Assembly (NCBI RefSeq): GCF_964355755.1
Contig: NC_092673.1
Coordinates: 30,687,648-30,751,647 of the forward strand
DNA length: 64,000 nt
Source: Antedon mediterranea
Taxonomy: Eukaryota; Animalia; Echinodermata
Direction: 5' to 3'
The position numbers were made by a program, and so were the translations under genes. Numbering within the stretch: position 1 is the stretch's first letter; the number at the start of each line of letters is the position of its first letter. Below are positions 40,601-52,600 of this stretch, piece after piece. A model generated the notes under the pieces. That model did not search any database, was not told where the DNA came from, and was given only the letters and a program-made list of their open reading frames with translations.

Positions 40601-43600
40601 CTTGATACTTAAATTTGGAATTGGAGTATTATTTCTTTATAGAGTGATTGGCGATATTGGTTTGATTAAGAAGCGAAAACAAAAAGTAAAGGGGCTGTCT
40701 GGTGGAATGAAAAGAAAATTATCTGTAGCTATCGCATTTGTTGGAGGATCTCGTACAGTTATTCTGGATGAACCAACCTCTGGTGTTGACCCTTATGCCA
40801 GACGAGCCATCTGGGAGCTGCTGCTAAAATATAAAAGTGGTGAGTGTAAAACTCTGTCTACACTATCAAACTAGTTTGACAAAAAAGTGTAATGTGCCCA
40901 AATATTCTACCATATATACCTATTATATGTTATATTTTCTACCATAGATATAAATTCAATGCTAAGCCAGAGCTTGTTATTGGTCTTTAATTAAATCAAT
41001 TAATGTATTTTTTTTTCAGGTCGTACCATTCTTCTCTCAACGCATCACATGGACGAAGCCGATCTACTTGGCGACCGTATTGCAATCATCTCACACGGAC
41101 AATTAAAATGTTGTGGTAGCTCTCTGTTTTTAAAAGCAACTTTTGGTGACGGGTATCGACTGACACTTGTTAAACGACGATCAGAAGTTGATGATGAAAG
41201 CACAAAAAGTGGTAATTAATTTTAAATACTTTAGACACTTTTGACACCCAACAAAGTGTCCTGTTAATAGAGGTGACCCCTGAACATGGGTTGACCTTAG
41301 TGATTAAAGATTATACAATAGAACCGCTATTAAGAGGACACCTTCAGGACCCTTCAAAGTGTCCCTTTAATATGGGTGTCCCCTGCATAGGGGTTGGCTG
41401 TAGTGTTAAAACACATGTCATTTGTTGTTTGTCTAACCAGAAAGTGTCCCTTTAATATGGGTGTCCCCTGCATAGGGGTTGGCTGTAGTGTTAAAACACA
41501 TGTCATTTGTTGTTTGTCTAACCAGAAAGTGTCCCTTTAATATGGGTGTCCCCTGCATAGGGGTTGGCTGTAGTGTTAAAACACATGTCATTTGTTGTTT
41601 GTCTAACCAGAAAGTGTCTCTTTAATATGGGTGTCCCCTGCATAGGGGTTGGCTGTAGTGTTAAAACACATGTCATTTGTTGTTTGTCTAACCAGAAAGT
41701 GTCCCTTTAATATGGGTGTCCCCTGCATAGGGGTTGGCTGTAGTGTTAAAACACATGTCATTTGTTGTTTGTCTAACCAGAAAGTGTCCCTTTAATAGGG
41801 GTTTCTCTTGAAATGAGGTGTCCACTGTGTAACCCCACTTTTGTTTCACAAGAAAGTGTCCTTTTAATAGGAGTTTTTCCCAAGGAGGGGCTCTCTTTTT
41901 GTCAGTAACTTATTTGTAATACAGCATGTATTTCCTTTGCTTATTTATATACAAAGGATACCTACAATAATGAAATAACTGGCCTATAATAATGGACTTT
42001 CCGCTCTTTTTTGACAATTTGTTGACTTTACTTTCATAGATACATCATCAAGTGATCCTGTAAACACATCCAGAGCCTCGGCTTCCTTCCAGTGCAATAC
42101 CTCAGAGGCAGCGGTTACAGAGTTTATCAAATCTTACATCAAAAATGCAGAACTGGCATCAGAAACCATCCAAGAGCTCACCTACATCCTGCCATCAGAT
42201 GCGCAGAACAAAGGCATGTTTGAGAAGTTCTTCAACAATCTGGAGGAAAATCTTGTTGCTCTGGAGATTTCCAGTTATGGACTGGCAGACACATCTCTGG
42301 AGGATGTTTTCCTGAAGGTGTCTGAGAAGTCTGGAGCTAACAACCCAAGTAAGTTTTCTTTTATGCATCATTCTCCAGTTGTGCTCTCAAATTAACTCGT
42401 TTGTGAATCAGGCTATTGCTCTAGGCCTACTGACAGTCAGTCACCTCTAAACAAGGCCAGTAATGCCTGCAACATGCACTAGCCTAGGGGCCTACAAGAT
42501 CCTATTTACAAGCTATGTTGTTTACCACTTACCATTACCGTTCATCTGTGTAAACTCACCTTAATAGAAATAATACATTGTTATTTCTGTTTCGACAGCT
42601 GGCAAATTATTTTTTAAATGAATGAAATACACATTTTTTTCCAGAAATGAAATATGAGAAAAAATCTAGCTCATGGTTTGAGCGGTTCTTTAACAGAAAC
42701 AGCAAGCCGCGAGAGATGGAATTAACAGATGTGAATGAAGAGCCAAGCACATCATCCTCCTCATCTTCATCATCAATTGAAGATGATGATATGCCTCTTA
42801 TAGATTCAGAAGAAAGCTCACCTCAAGGTATTTGAACAGATAGAATCCCATCTTTCATTTTTTGAAGTCGTATCTGCATAGATCAATAACTCTGCCATTT
42901 TTACATTAGACACCTCTCTAAAGGAAAATGAGATTGTTTAAACACACATCGTTGTCCCTCTATTGTGATGCATAAACATATCTAAAAAACGAATATTCAT
43001 ATTTTGAAATAATTTCATTTGGATCCTAATGTTATAGCAGAGAAATTGTTCTTTTTCGTTGATCAGGAATGTTAATAGTTTGGTTTAACAACACTGTTAA
43101 TTGTTTTTCTTGCTTTGTTAAAACCATCAACAATATACTTTTTAAAAACCTTTTACTTTTTGGTCAATGAGTTTTTTTTAACCTTTCAGAAGAAGTTCAC
43201 AAAGAAGATTTCGACAGTAATAACATGACAGGATTTCTGCTGTTCATGAACCAGTTTCATGCCCTCTTTGTCAAGCGACTACACCACATCAAACGCAACC
43301 GTAAAGGGCTTTTTTCACAGCTGCTACTTCCTGTGTTTTTTATTTGCGTTGCCATGACTGTTGCTCTTGCAGCGCCACTCATGGGTGACCTACCACCTCT
43401 AATTCTAACTCCTTCTCAATATCACCCACTTACAAACCCAAGAGGAAATTTCATTCCACATGCAAATGAAGCGTTGAATTCGCATCAGAAAGAAAAGATT
43501 CATCGTTCGAAATACGGTGATGCGATGCCTTCGCAACTCGTGGACACTTTGAAGATGCCAAGTGGTGTTGGCGCAACATGCGTGGTGAAGACCCCATTCA

Positions 43601-46600
43601 ACAGTACCCTCGACAAAAAACTGAAGTCGCTGAATTACTCATCAAGCCTCAACTTGATGGATACATATTACGATTTGATGTGCAGGCGGTCTTTCAAAAA
43701 GCCTCATGCGCTTAAGAACTATGTTCCAGAACCGCCGAAGCCAGCAACAAAATACTCCCCTGTACTGCAGGGTAAGACCCTAATTTTTCTTCTAAAACTC
43801 TGTCTACACTATCAAACTTTATGTGACAAAAAGATGTGATGTGCCTCTGTATAGAAATGATGATGTCATATCATTACCATATTTGACCATATCACTACCA
43901 TATTTGGGCACTTTTTTGTCGAACTAGTTTGATAGTGTAGACAGAGCTTAAGATTGGTTTTGTTTCTTGGTAGTTTAGATATGTTAATCACATCTTCACT
44001 ATGTTTTCTATATTACAGACAGCAGAACAACAAAAGAATTTGCATGTCTTTTCACAAGTCATAGATATGTTTTTGTCATCACATGCATGACGATAGTAGA
44101 AATATACATAACAACTAAATAGTTGACATAAGGATTTTTATAAAAAAATTACTGAATCCTAGAGTAATCTTGAAAGCAGTGTAATGTGCCCAAATATGGT
44201 AGTGATGTGCCCAAATATGGTAGTGATGTTCCCAAATATGGTAATGATATAACATCATCATTCACATATATTGGCACATCATATTCCTTATTTTAATTTT
44301 TTATATATATTATGTGCATATGCATAATTTATGTGAGACCAAACTCCAGTGAAATAGGCTCACCTGTTGCACATTCAATTGCTTGTTCCTCCTGATAGGT
44401 TCACATCATCAGCCAATTATACCAGCAGAGCTCTTTCTTTTACCTTACTACCAGGGGTGGATTCAAGTGAGCCCGGGCACCCTCTAAATTTCACAAATTG
44501 AAATGCAATTAAGTTCAGCACTTCATTTCTCAACTTTTAAGCCCTAGGCGCGCCCCCCCCCCCCCTTATTTCAAAATCCTGGATCTGCCACTGACTACCC
44601 CTCTCTCCCTCTGTACCTAGTAAGGTAACTCTCTCCTTGCCTTTACTCTTATTTATTATCATTAATTTTGTTGATACTAATTACTTTAGAAAGCAGGATA
44701 ATGAATAGTACCTACAGTAAGTACACAGAGTACATTGTGTTGCTATTTTGAAAAATGCGTCATATGTTGTGTAACGCTTCTAACAAAACACTAATTTTAC
44801 AGTAGAAATCTTTACACCTGCAAACATAATAGAATCATCCATTATTGTTTTTAATAATGTAAAAGAATACATTTCTTCTTTTAAAAAGGATTACTCCATT
44901 GTTGTTTTAGGGGTGTTTGTATAAAATTGATACCATGATTGATGAATTATACTTGCTTAATTACCCTAATCATAGAGTATAAATTATTCTTAGTAATATT
45001 ATTCCATGCCCTAATGGATTAATTATTAATTAATAATTTATTTTTACAATTGGTTATATTTTAAACAGCCTTGTTATGTTATTATTTGTATATTCTGCTT
45101 TGTTATTTTAGATAGATAGCATAAAATAAACAAAAAAAAACAATTATTTGTTAAAGCTTTGGGGAATGTTTTGCCCTAATTAAATTCTATAAATTGGACA
45201 TTCTTCTTTTATCGCTACATAGTTAATATTATGATAGCATTTTGATGTTGTTAGCCGACCATAGCCGATGTTGCTTTTTTGAGAAACTCAAAAAATATCT
45301 CTGTGATTTATCTCTAACATAACATATTGCAAAATAATGTAATAATGGTACTGTACTTCACATGCATATATTTTGTATCTTATTTTTCTCATTTTTTAGC
45401 ATAAAATAATATTGTTATTCATACTTATTAAAATATATTTAATTGATAGATAAACTTTCTTTTGATTTTGATAGGTGGAGCTGTACGCGAGATTACATGC
45501 GTTTGTTCAGAGGACAACACCGGGTTTAGTTGTCCGCCGGATGTCGGTAGCCCATACCCCGAAAGAACAAAGGTGATCACAAGTGATCAAATGATGAATG
45601 TTGATAGACGGAATATCACACGTTACTTGCTTTATACTACGAACAAGTATAGGTTACACAGGTAGATATGGTTGTATAATATACAAACTATTGTTCTTTG
45701 ACTTGTCTCTGTGTTTCACAACCATCAAGTCACTTTTTCATTCCCTACCTTCAATGGTACTTGCCTGTCCCCTTCTTTGATAGCCCCAAAGGCACTTGCC
45801 CCTTCTCTTCTTCAACTGTCCCAAAGGTGCCTATCCCCTTCTTCGATAGCCCCACAGACACTTGCCCATCCCCTTCTTCGATAGCCCACAGACACTTGCC
45901 CATCCCCTTTCATCGATAGTCCCAAAGGTTCCCATCCCCTTCTTTGATAGCCCTTCAGACACTTGCCTATCTCCTTCTTCGATACCCCCACAGACACTTG
46001 CCCATCCTCTTCTTCGATAGCCCCACAGACACTTGCCCATCCCTTTTCATCGATAGCCCCAAAGGCACTTTCCCTTCCCCTTTTATCGATAGCCCCAAAG
46101 GCTCTTGCCATCCCCTTCTTCGATAGTCCCAAAGACACTTTCCCTCTCTTCTTCCTGGACTGGATTCCTGCATGTTGATGCTAATTCTTATTTTTCTCTG
46201 CTAGGTACGGTGCTTTTTCAGTTGGTAATATACGTGACTATGTACCAACGGCGTACCAGGATATGTCAGCACCAGAATACCGCAAGATAGCTGTTAGAAA
46301 CGCTGCAATTGTAAGAAACATCATTTATTTCCATATTTTGCCATTTCGTAATGAAAATAAAAATTAAGTGTAGGCTATATTAAATACAGATATATTTCAG
46401 TCATGTCGATAAAAATCATTTGTACCTGAATTTGACCATGTTTCTTCATACATACTCCATTCATAGGCATTTCACAATCACAAGGGTTTTCACAGCATGC
46501 CTACCTACATCAACGTGCTCAACAACCTAATACTACGAGCGAACCTTAACCCTGAAATCCATGGCAACCCGGCAGGATATGGCATTACTGCCATCAATCA

Positions 46601-49600
46601 TCCGATGAATAAAACAAGTTATAATATCGAAAATGACTATATGTAAGTAAAATTTTAAGAATTTATTTTTTGCATTTGAGGTGGGTGAAAACAATACATT
46701 ATGAATGCTGAGAAAGAGCTTCCCACTTCAATATCAGAATCTGGTGTATCACAATAGCACAATCTGATTGAGCATGTGCAAACATTCTATTTCTTCTACT
46801 GATTCACACTCTTTGGTAGCCGATTCTTGAAACTGTACCTATAATTTTTCCAGTATCATAGGAAATTTCTTTGATACTACATCACATATGATATCTGTAT
46901 CATAGGCTCTAATTTTTTTATACACTTGATACTATGATACTGTCCCCAATTATAGGTACAGTTTCAAGAATCAGTTATTAAAGAATGTGAATCAGTAGAA
47001 GACATTGAGTTTTTGTGCATGCTCAATTAGATTTTGCTATTGTGATAGCTTTCGCAACTACACCAGGTTCTGATATTGTAGTGGACATACAACGCAATAT
47101 GTGGATATACAGTACAGAGGTTCTCTATACTGTATCTCTATGCTCCAAAGGGCATCTTTAGAGTGTAGTGAAGTCAGAGTCACTAGTAATATCACTTTTA
47201 TCTTTTCAGAGTACAAGAAGGAACCAACATGGTGATTTCTATATTCATCATTGTTGCTATGTCGTTCGTCCCAGCCAGTTTTGTTGTTTTCCTTGTTGCA
47301 GAGAAATCGTCCAAAGCAAAACATTTACAATTTATTAGTAGTTTAAACCCAGTGGTCTACTGGTCTTCAAACTTTTTGTGGGACATGGTAAGTGTGATGA
47401 TCGAGTCAAATGGCTGAGTGGGTTAGGCAGGGGGTGCCAGAAACCATAGCCAAGTTTAAGGCTTTTCCTGTGCATAGTACTGCTGTTAGAACAAGAACTT
47501 CAGATCCGGTGTACACATCATGTGCTTTAAATAACCAAGTGCATCTATCGGAAAAGAAGGGAAGATGAAAGTTTTATGTGCTGTCCACACCTGTGCGATT
47601 CAGCTCAGTTAGGCTGCAAGACACAGGGAATTAGCCCTACCTAACATAAAAGTGATATGTAATGGTGATAATTAACACACTCTAATGCACGTTTAGCTTT
47701 CGGTATAATAACCACTTACTTTTATACTAATTCATTGTTTGAATTAAAATATTTCATTTCATGTCCATCTTGTATTTTAGATGAATTATATGGTGCCTGC
47801 CAGCTGTTGTATCCTTATCTTAAAGTTATTCAACATTCCAGCTTACGCTTCCGAAACAAACATGCCAGCTGTTATTATACTCTTCCTTCTGTACGGGTAA
47901 GTCACAGGTGTAACATCAGGTGTTATATACTATCACTTGCAGAAGTGTATATTTGTATATTGTCTGATTAACTTGGTTTGAGTGATGGGATTGGTCAAAT
48001 CATCTCATGTGACTTGTAAAAATGTCAGGTGTGACAGAAGTACTTACATAATCAAAGTTTTTTTAACAAAGTCGGTCTTGGGGAGTGGAGTTCACTTGCT
48101 AAACTATTATTAAATTGTCATTCAATTCATATATTTCTTTTCTTTTTTTAAATACAAATGTCATTTGTAATCAAAAGATTATTTCCTCAGACTCAGTTTA
48201 CTTGTGCTTGATCTACCTATTGTACTAATTTCTATAACAATTGTTTTTTTTTGTTATCAGGTACTCTATCACTCCAATGATGTACCCTGCCTCATTCTAC
48301 TTCAGTGAATCAAGTGCTGCTTATGTTTTTCTCATCATTATCAATCTGTTTACCGGTATCACAACAGTCATTGCCAGCTTTATGTTAGAGCTTTTCAATT
48401 ATGATGAGGTACTGTACATAACACCAGTTCACACAGTATTCTTCACACAGAAATAGAAATATTTATATACATACCATTATGTAAGACTATATGCAGCTCC
48501 AAAGTGGTTCAACACCACTTGTTTTAAATGGTTTGCTGAATGTTTTTCTCACTACAGTAAATTCAGTGGTTAACATCTTTGCCTAACAATTTCAAAGTTT
48601 TTGGTTCAAATCATTTTTGAGTACCATTATTTTCTTATTGCTTATAAAGCACAATACCTTATTATTTGATATACTTTAGTTGCTAGATGATGATTCTGTC
48701 TAAAGAGAACATTTTGGCATAAAGTGTGCATTTATCTATACTTGAGCTGGAATCACTTCTGAAAAAAACCAAAACGCACCCTGTTAGCGCAGACAGATGG
48801 TCCGTGTAAAAGAATACTTACAACGTGAAAAGAAACAAATAATAATTAGTTTATATTTCATACAGCATGACATGTTTTATAAGACAAATACTTTGCTATT
48901 ACGAGATTGATATGTCAATATGATATTTATTCATTTAGGAGCTGAAAGAAGTCTATGAATTTCTCCACAAAGCATTCCTAATGTTTCCCAATTACTGCCT
49001 CGGTAAAGGCCTCATGGAATTGGCATACAATGAATTTTTGAATGAATATTACTACAAAATAGGTAAGAATCTTATCTTATAATATGACTTTAAGTTCTGT
49101 CTACACTATCAAACTTTATGTGACAGAAAAATGTGATGTTTTCATATATGGACACAATGATGTCTATCACTACCATATTTAGGTATATCACTACCATATT
49201 TGGGCACATCACACTTTTGTCAAACTAGTTTGATAGTGTAGACATAGATTAAGGCTGTAGTGGAGTTTTAAGTCACACAAATTTTCTTGTTGTTAATCAA
49301 TTTGTTGTTAATTTGCAGGGGAAGACGATAAGGTGAAAATGCCATTTGAGTGGGATGTTATGACTCGTATGTATGTTATTATGGGAATAGAAGGCCTAGC
49401 AGCTTTTATATTCACAATTTTGTTAGAGTACAAGTTCTTCATCAGACCATTGTAAGTGTCATCGAACAAACGTCGATAATGTTTATATTTTAAATTATAG
49501 CTCTATATAATACATATAATATATATATAATACCCATAACCTCTTGGGCTCTATCAAACTACAGTAGTTTGACTAAAAAAAGTGTGATGTGCCCAAATAT

Positions 49601-52600
49601 GGGAGTGATATGAAATCATCATGTCCATATATGGGCACATCACATTTTTTTTTCACATAAAGTTTTATAGTGTAGATAGAGCTTTGAATTGAAATTTAAA
49701 AGATAGGACATTATTTAAAGAATCCTGGATCTGGCTCTGTAATATATATATTAATAAATGCATTAAACATATATTGTCTTTAAAATTTATCTCTTCCTCA
49801 AATTTTCCACCTGTCCCTCATCCCTTCACCGAGTTCCTCATATTTATAATCTAACCATCTATGTTGTACCTGCAGCAGAAGAAGAATTGGACGAAAGCGA
49901 GGTACAGAGGAAGAAGACGAGGACGTTGTGGCTGAACGCCGTCGCGTTTTGAGTGGAGAAGCAAACGAAGACCTTCTACGTATTGAAAACCTTACCAAAG
50001 TAAGTGAACTAATCTGTATCAACTTTCTCTCTGTATGCATTTTAAATTAGCATGCATTAAAATAGGGAATTTGAGACCTTTAGTGCCTTTAAAGCTCTGT
50101 CTAGACTATCAAATTTTATGTTACAAAAAAATGTGATGTGCCCATATATGGACATGTTGATGTCATATCACTACATATTTAGGCATATCACTATCATATT
50201 TAGGCACATCACAATTTTGTGATAGTTTGATCGTGTACACAGAGTTTAAGGACATTATTTTTCTGTCTTTATTATCATATAGTGAATTCAATCTTCTCTT
50301 TATACACTTCTCCTTAAAAGAACAGTCCTTCATGATGTCATTGATACATCTTTTCAAAATTAGTTTTTTTTAAATTTATGGTTATTTTAAAAAAAGTATA
50401 TGTAAATGGGTCACTGTAGGCCTACTACAATGTTTGTAAATACTTAGTTATGAAATGTAATATAGGTTCAACCAACTGTAAAATAATATTTATAAATGTT
50501 ATGTAAGTTTTGTTCATGTTTTTTTATAGGTTTTTAAATCTAGATACTTTAGTAAGCACTATGCAGTAGATAGGTTATGCCTAGGAGTTCCCCAAGGCGA
50601 GGTAAGTTTTAACATTTTCAATTTAATATCAGTCTTTTGTAAATGGAATAGTCTAACCTCCATTTTAATATTACATCAAATGATCTAGTAAGAAATTTTC
50701 TTATATAAGTTTCAAATTTGATTTTACTCAACCCTCCAAGTCTAATCCTTGAATTGACTTAATTTTATGTACCTAAGTGCTTTGGACTCCTTGAATTGAC
50801 TTGTGTTTTATTTTATGTACTTAAGTGCTTTGGACTTCTCGGTGTTAATGGTGCTGGAAAAACAACAACATTTAAAATGTTGACGGGAGACCAAGCAATA
50901 TCAAAAGGGGATGCTTTCTTAAATGGAATAAGGTAAGTAGCACACACCTTAACTAATAGAATCCAATTCCTGTAATGTGTTCAGTACACTGCATCATATA
51001 AGTTAAATTCATTCCCAACAAAATTGACCATCAACTATTTAAGCTTGAATAAAACTAAAAATGAGGAGATTCTGGAGAGTGAGCCTCGTTGTGTTCACCT
51101 ATGAAAGGTTACTTGCATGACTGTGATATGACTATCATCTCACCACCCACAGCTCAGTCCCAAGGGACGTCTTGGCCACCTGAGAGGGTATTGGTTTGAC
51201 AGAGTACTTTCCAGTACTGGCACTTTCTGCCCAAGGTCCGAGGACTTTCCCCCAAGTCAAGCTTGGATAGCAAGTCTTCCAGGGATCTCTGTTGAGGGCC
51301 TAGGTGCCTGTTTATTATATCCCTTACTTAACAGCCAATTGATATTGAATAGGTGTTGAAATTGGGTCTTTTAGATTTTTTTTTTTTTTTTTGACATTTT
51401 TTTTCTCCGTCTCAACGTTATTGTGTTATTGTATTATTTTATAAAATATGTGACTACCTTTGTAAAATATTTAAGACGTTTTTTATTTTGTATGAATTTC
51501 CTTTTCAATATTATGCAAATCAATACAATAAATATATTTAAATTTGTATTCTTTAGTTTTGGTTATGAATGCACCTTGCAATCAAATTTAAATACATGTT
51601 AAAAAACTTCCCACCTTTAAATTCATACATGTTACATGAATTAATATTTGTTTATAGGTCAAATGTCAATGTTGAGAATGCTCATGAATATTGCTAATTA
51701 ATATTCATGAGGTTACTGTTGCAACTGGAGATTGGGGGAATAATTCGAATAATTAATATTCATAATTTCTATTGCTAAGGATTGTTTGGTTGTATATTTG
51801 TATTAATATACTTTACGCTTTTGATGAATATATATGTTATAATTAATTAATTATGATTAATGAATTTTCATATTTTATTGCAGCATATTAAAGAATCGCC
51901 ATGCTGTTTATCGTTGTATTGGTTACTGCCCTCAGTTTGACGCTCTTTTTGAGGAGCTAACCGCTAGAGAACATCTACATTTGTATGCACGACTGAAAGG
52001 TGTTACCAAGAAGTCAGAGAACAAGGTGAACAGATTGAACTTAAAAAAAACATTTCATCAAAATAATGTTAAACAATTAAGATGACTATAGCGAGGCATT
52101 TAATAAAAAGGCAAACTGCCTTAAAATGTAAATGTGACATGTTTCGAGAAACTATTCTCATCATCAGAACACTGTAAACAATGCCTAGAGTGCTTATATA
52201 CCAATAGGACATGTGTATGTAAATGAGTAAGTAATTAGCATAATAAAACAACAAGGAATGTAGGCAACAACCAATCGTATGACGTTTCACCAATATACAT
52301 GGAATTACATCCCATACATTTAAATTAAACAATTATTAGAAATGTTAGTGTGGCCTACTGTCATAACATGTGACATATATTGTCTTCTTCTACATCATAG
52401 CTTGTGGATTGGGCCCTCAGAAAACTAGCTCTAGTGCAATATGCCGACAGGCCTGCTGGTACCTACAGTGGAGGAAACAAACGCAAACTCTCAACAGCTA
52501 TTGCCCTTATAGGGCGCCCTCAAGTTATATTCATGGTATGTAGAAAATAAATAAATCCTTGAATTTATCTAAACTTGTATTTGGTTTCTTTCCATAGTAA

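Noticed and set aside
44019-44470. Extra ABCA2 cassette exons after 43771
   Set aside because: The candidate acceptors have no phase-compatible donor, and 43771 joins 45475 in frame.
45812-46178. Repetitive ORFs on both strands
   Set aside because: They are products of the 36-bp minisatellite.
49873-49881. NAGNAG acceptor CAGCAGAAG
   Set aside because: A common feature that would change only 1-2 residues in a linker.
51060-51350. GC-richer island in an ABCA2 intron
   Set aside because: No ORF, TIR, Pol III box or second copy was found; probably an old repeat fragment that I cannot classify.
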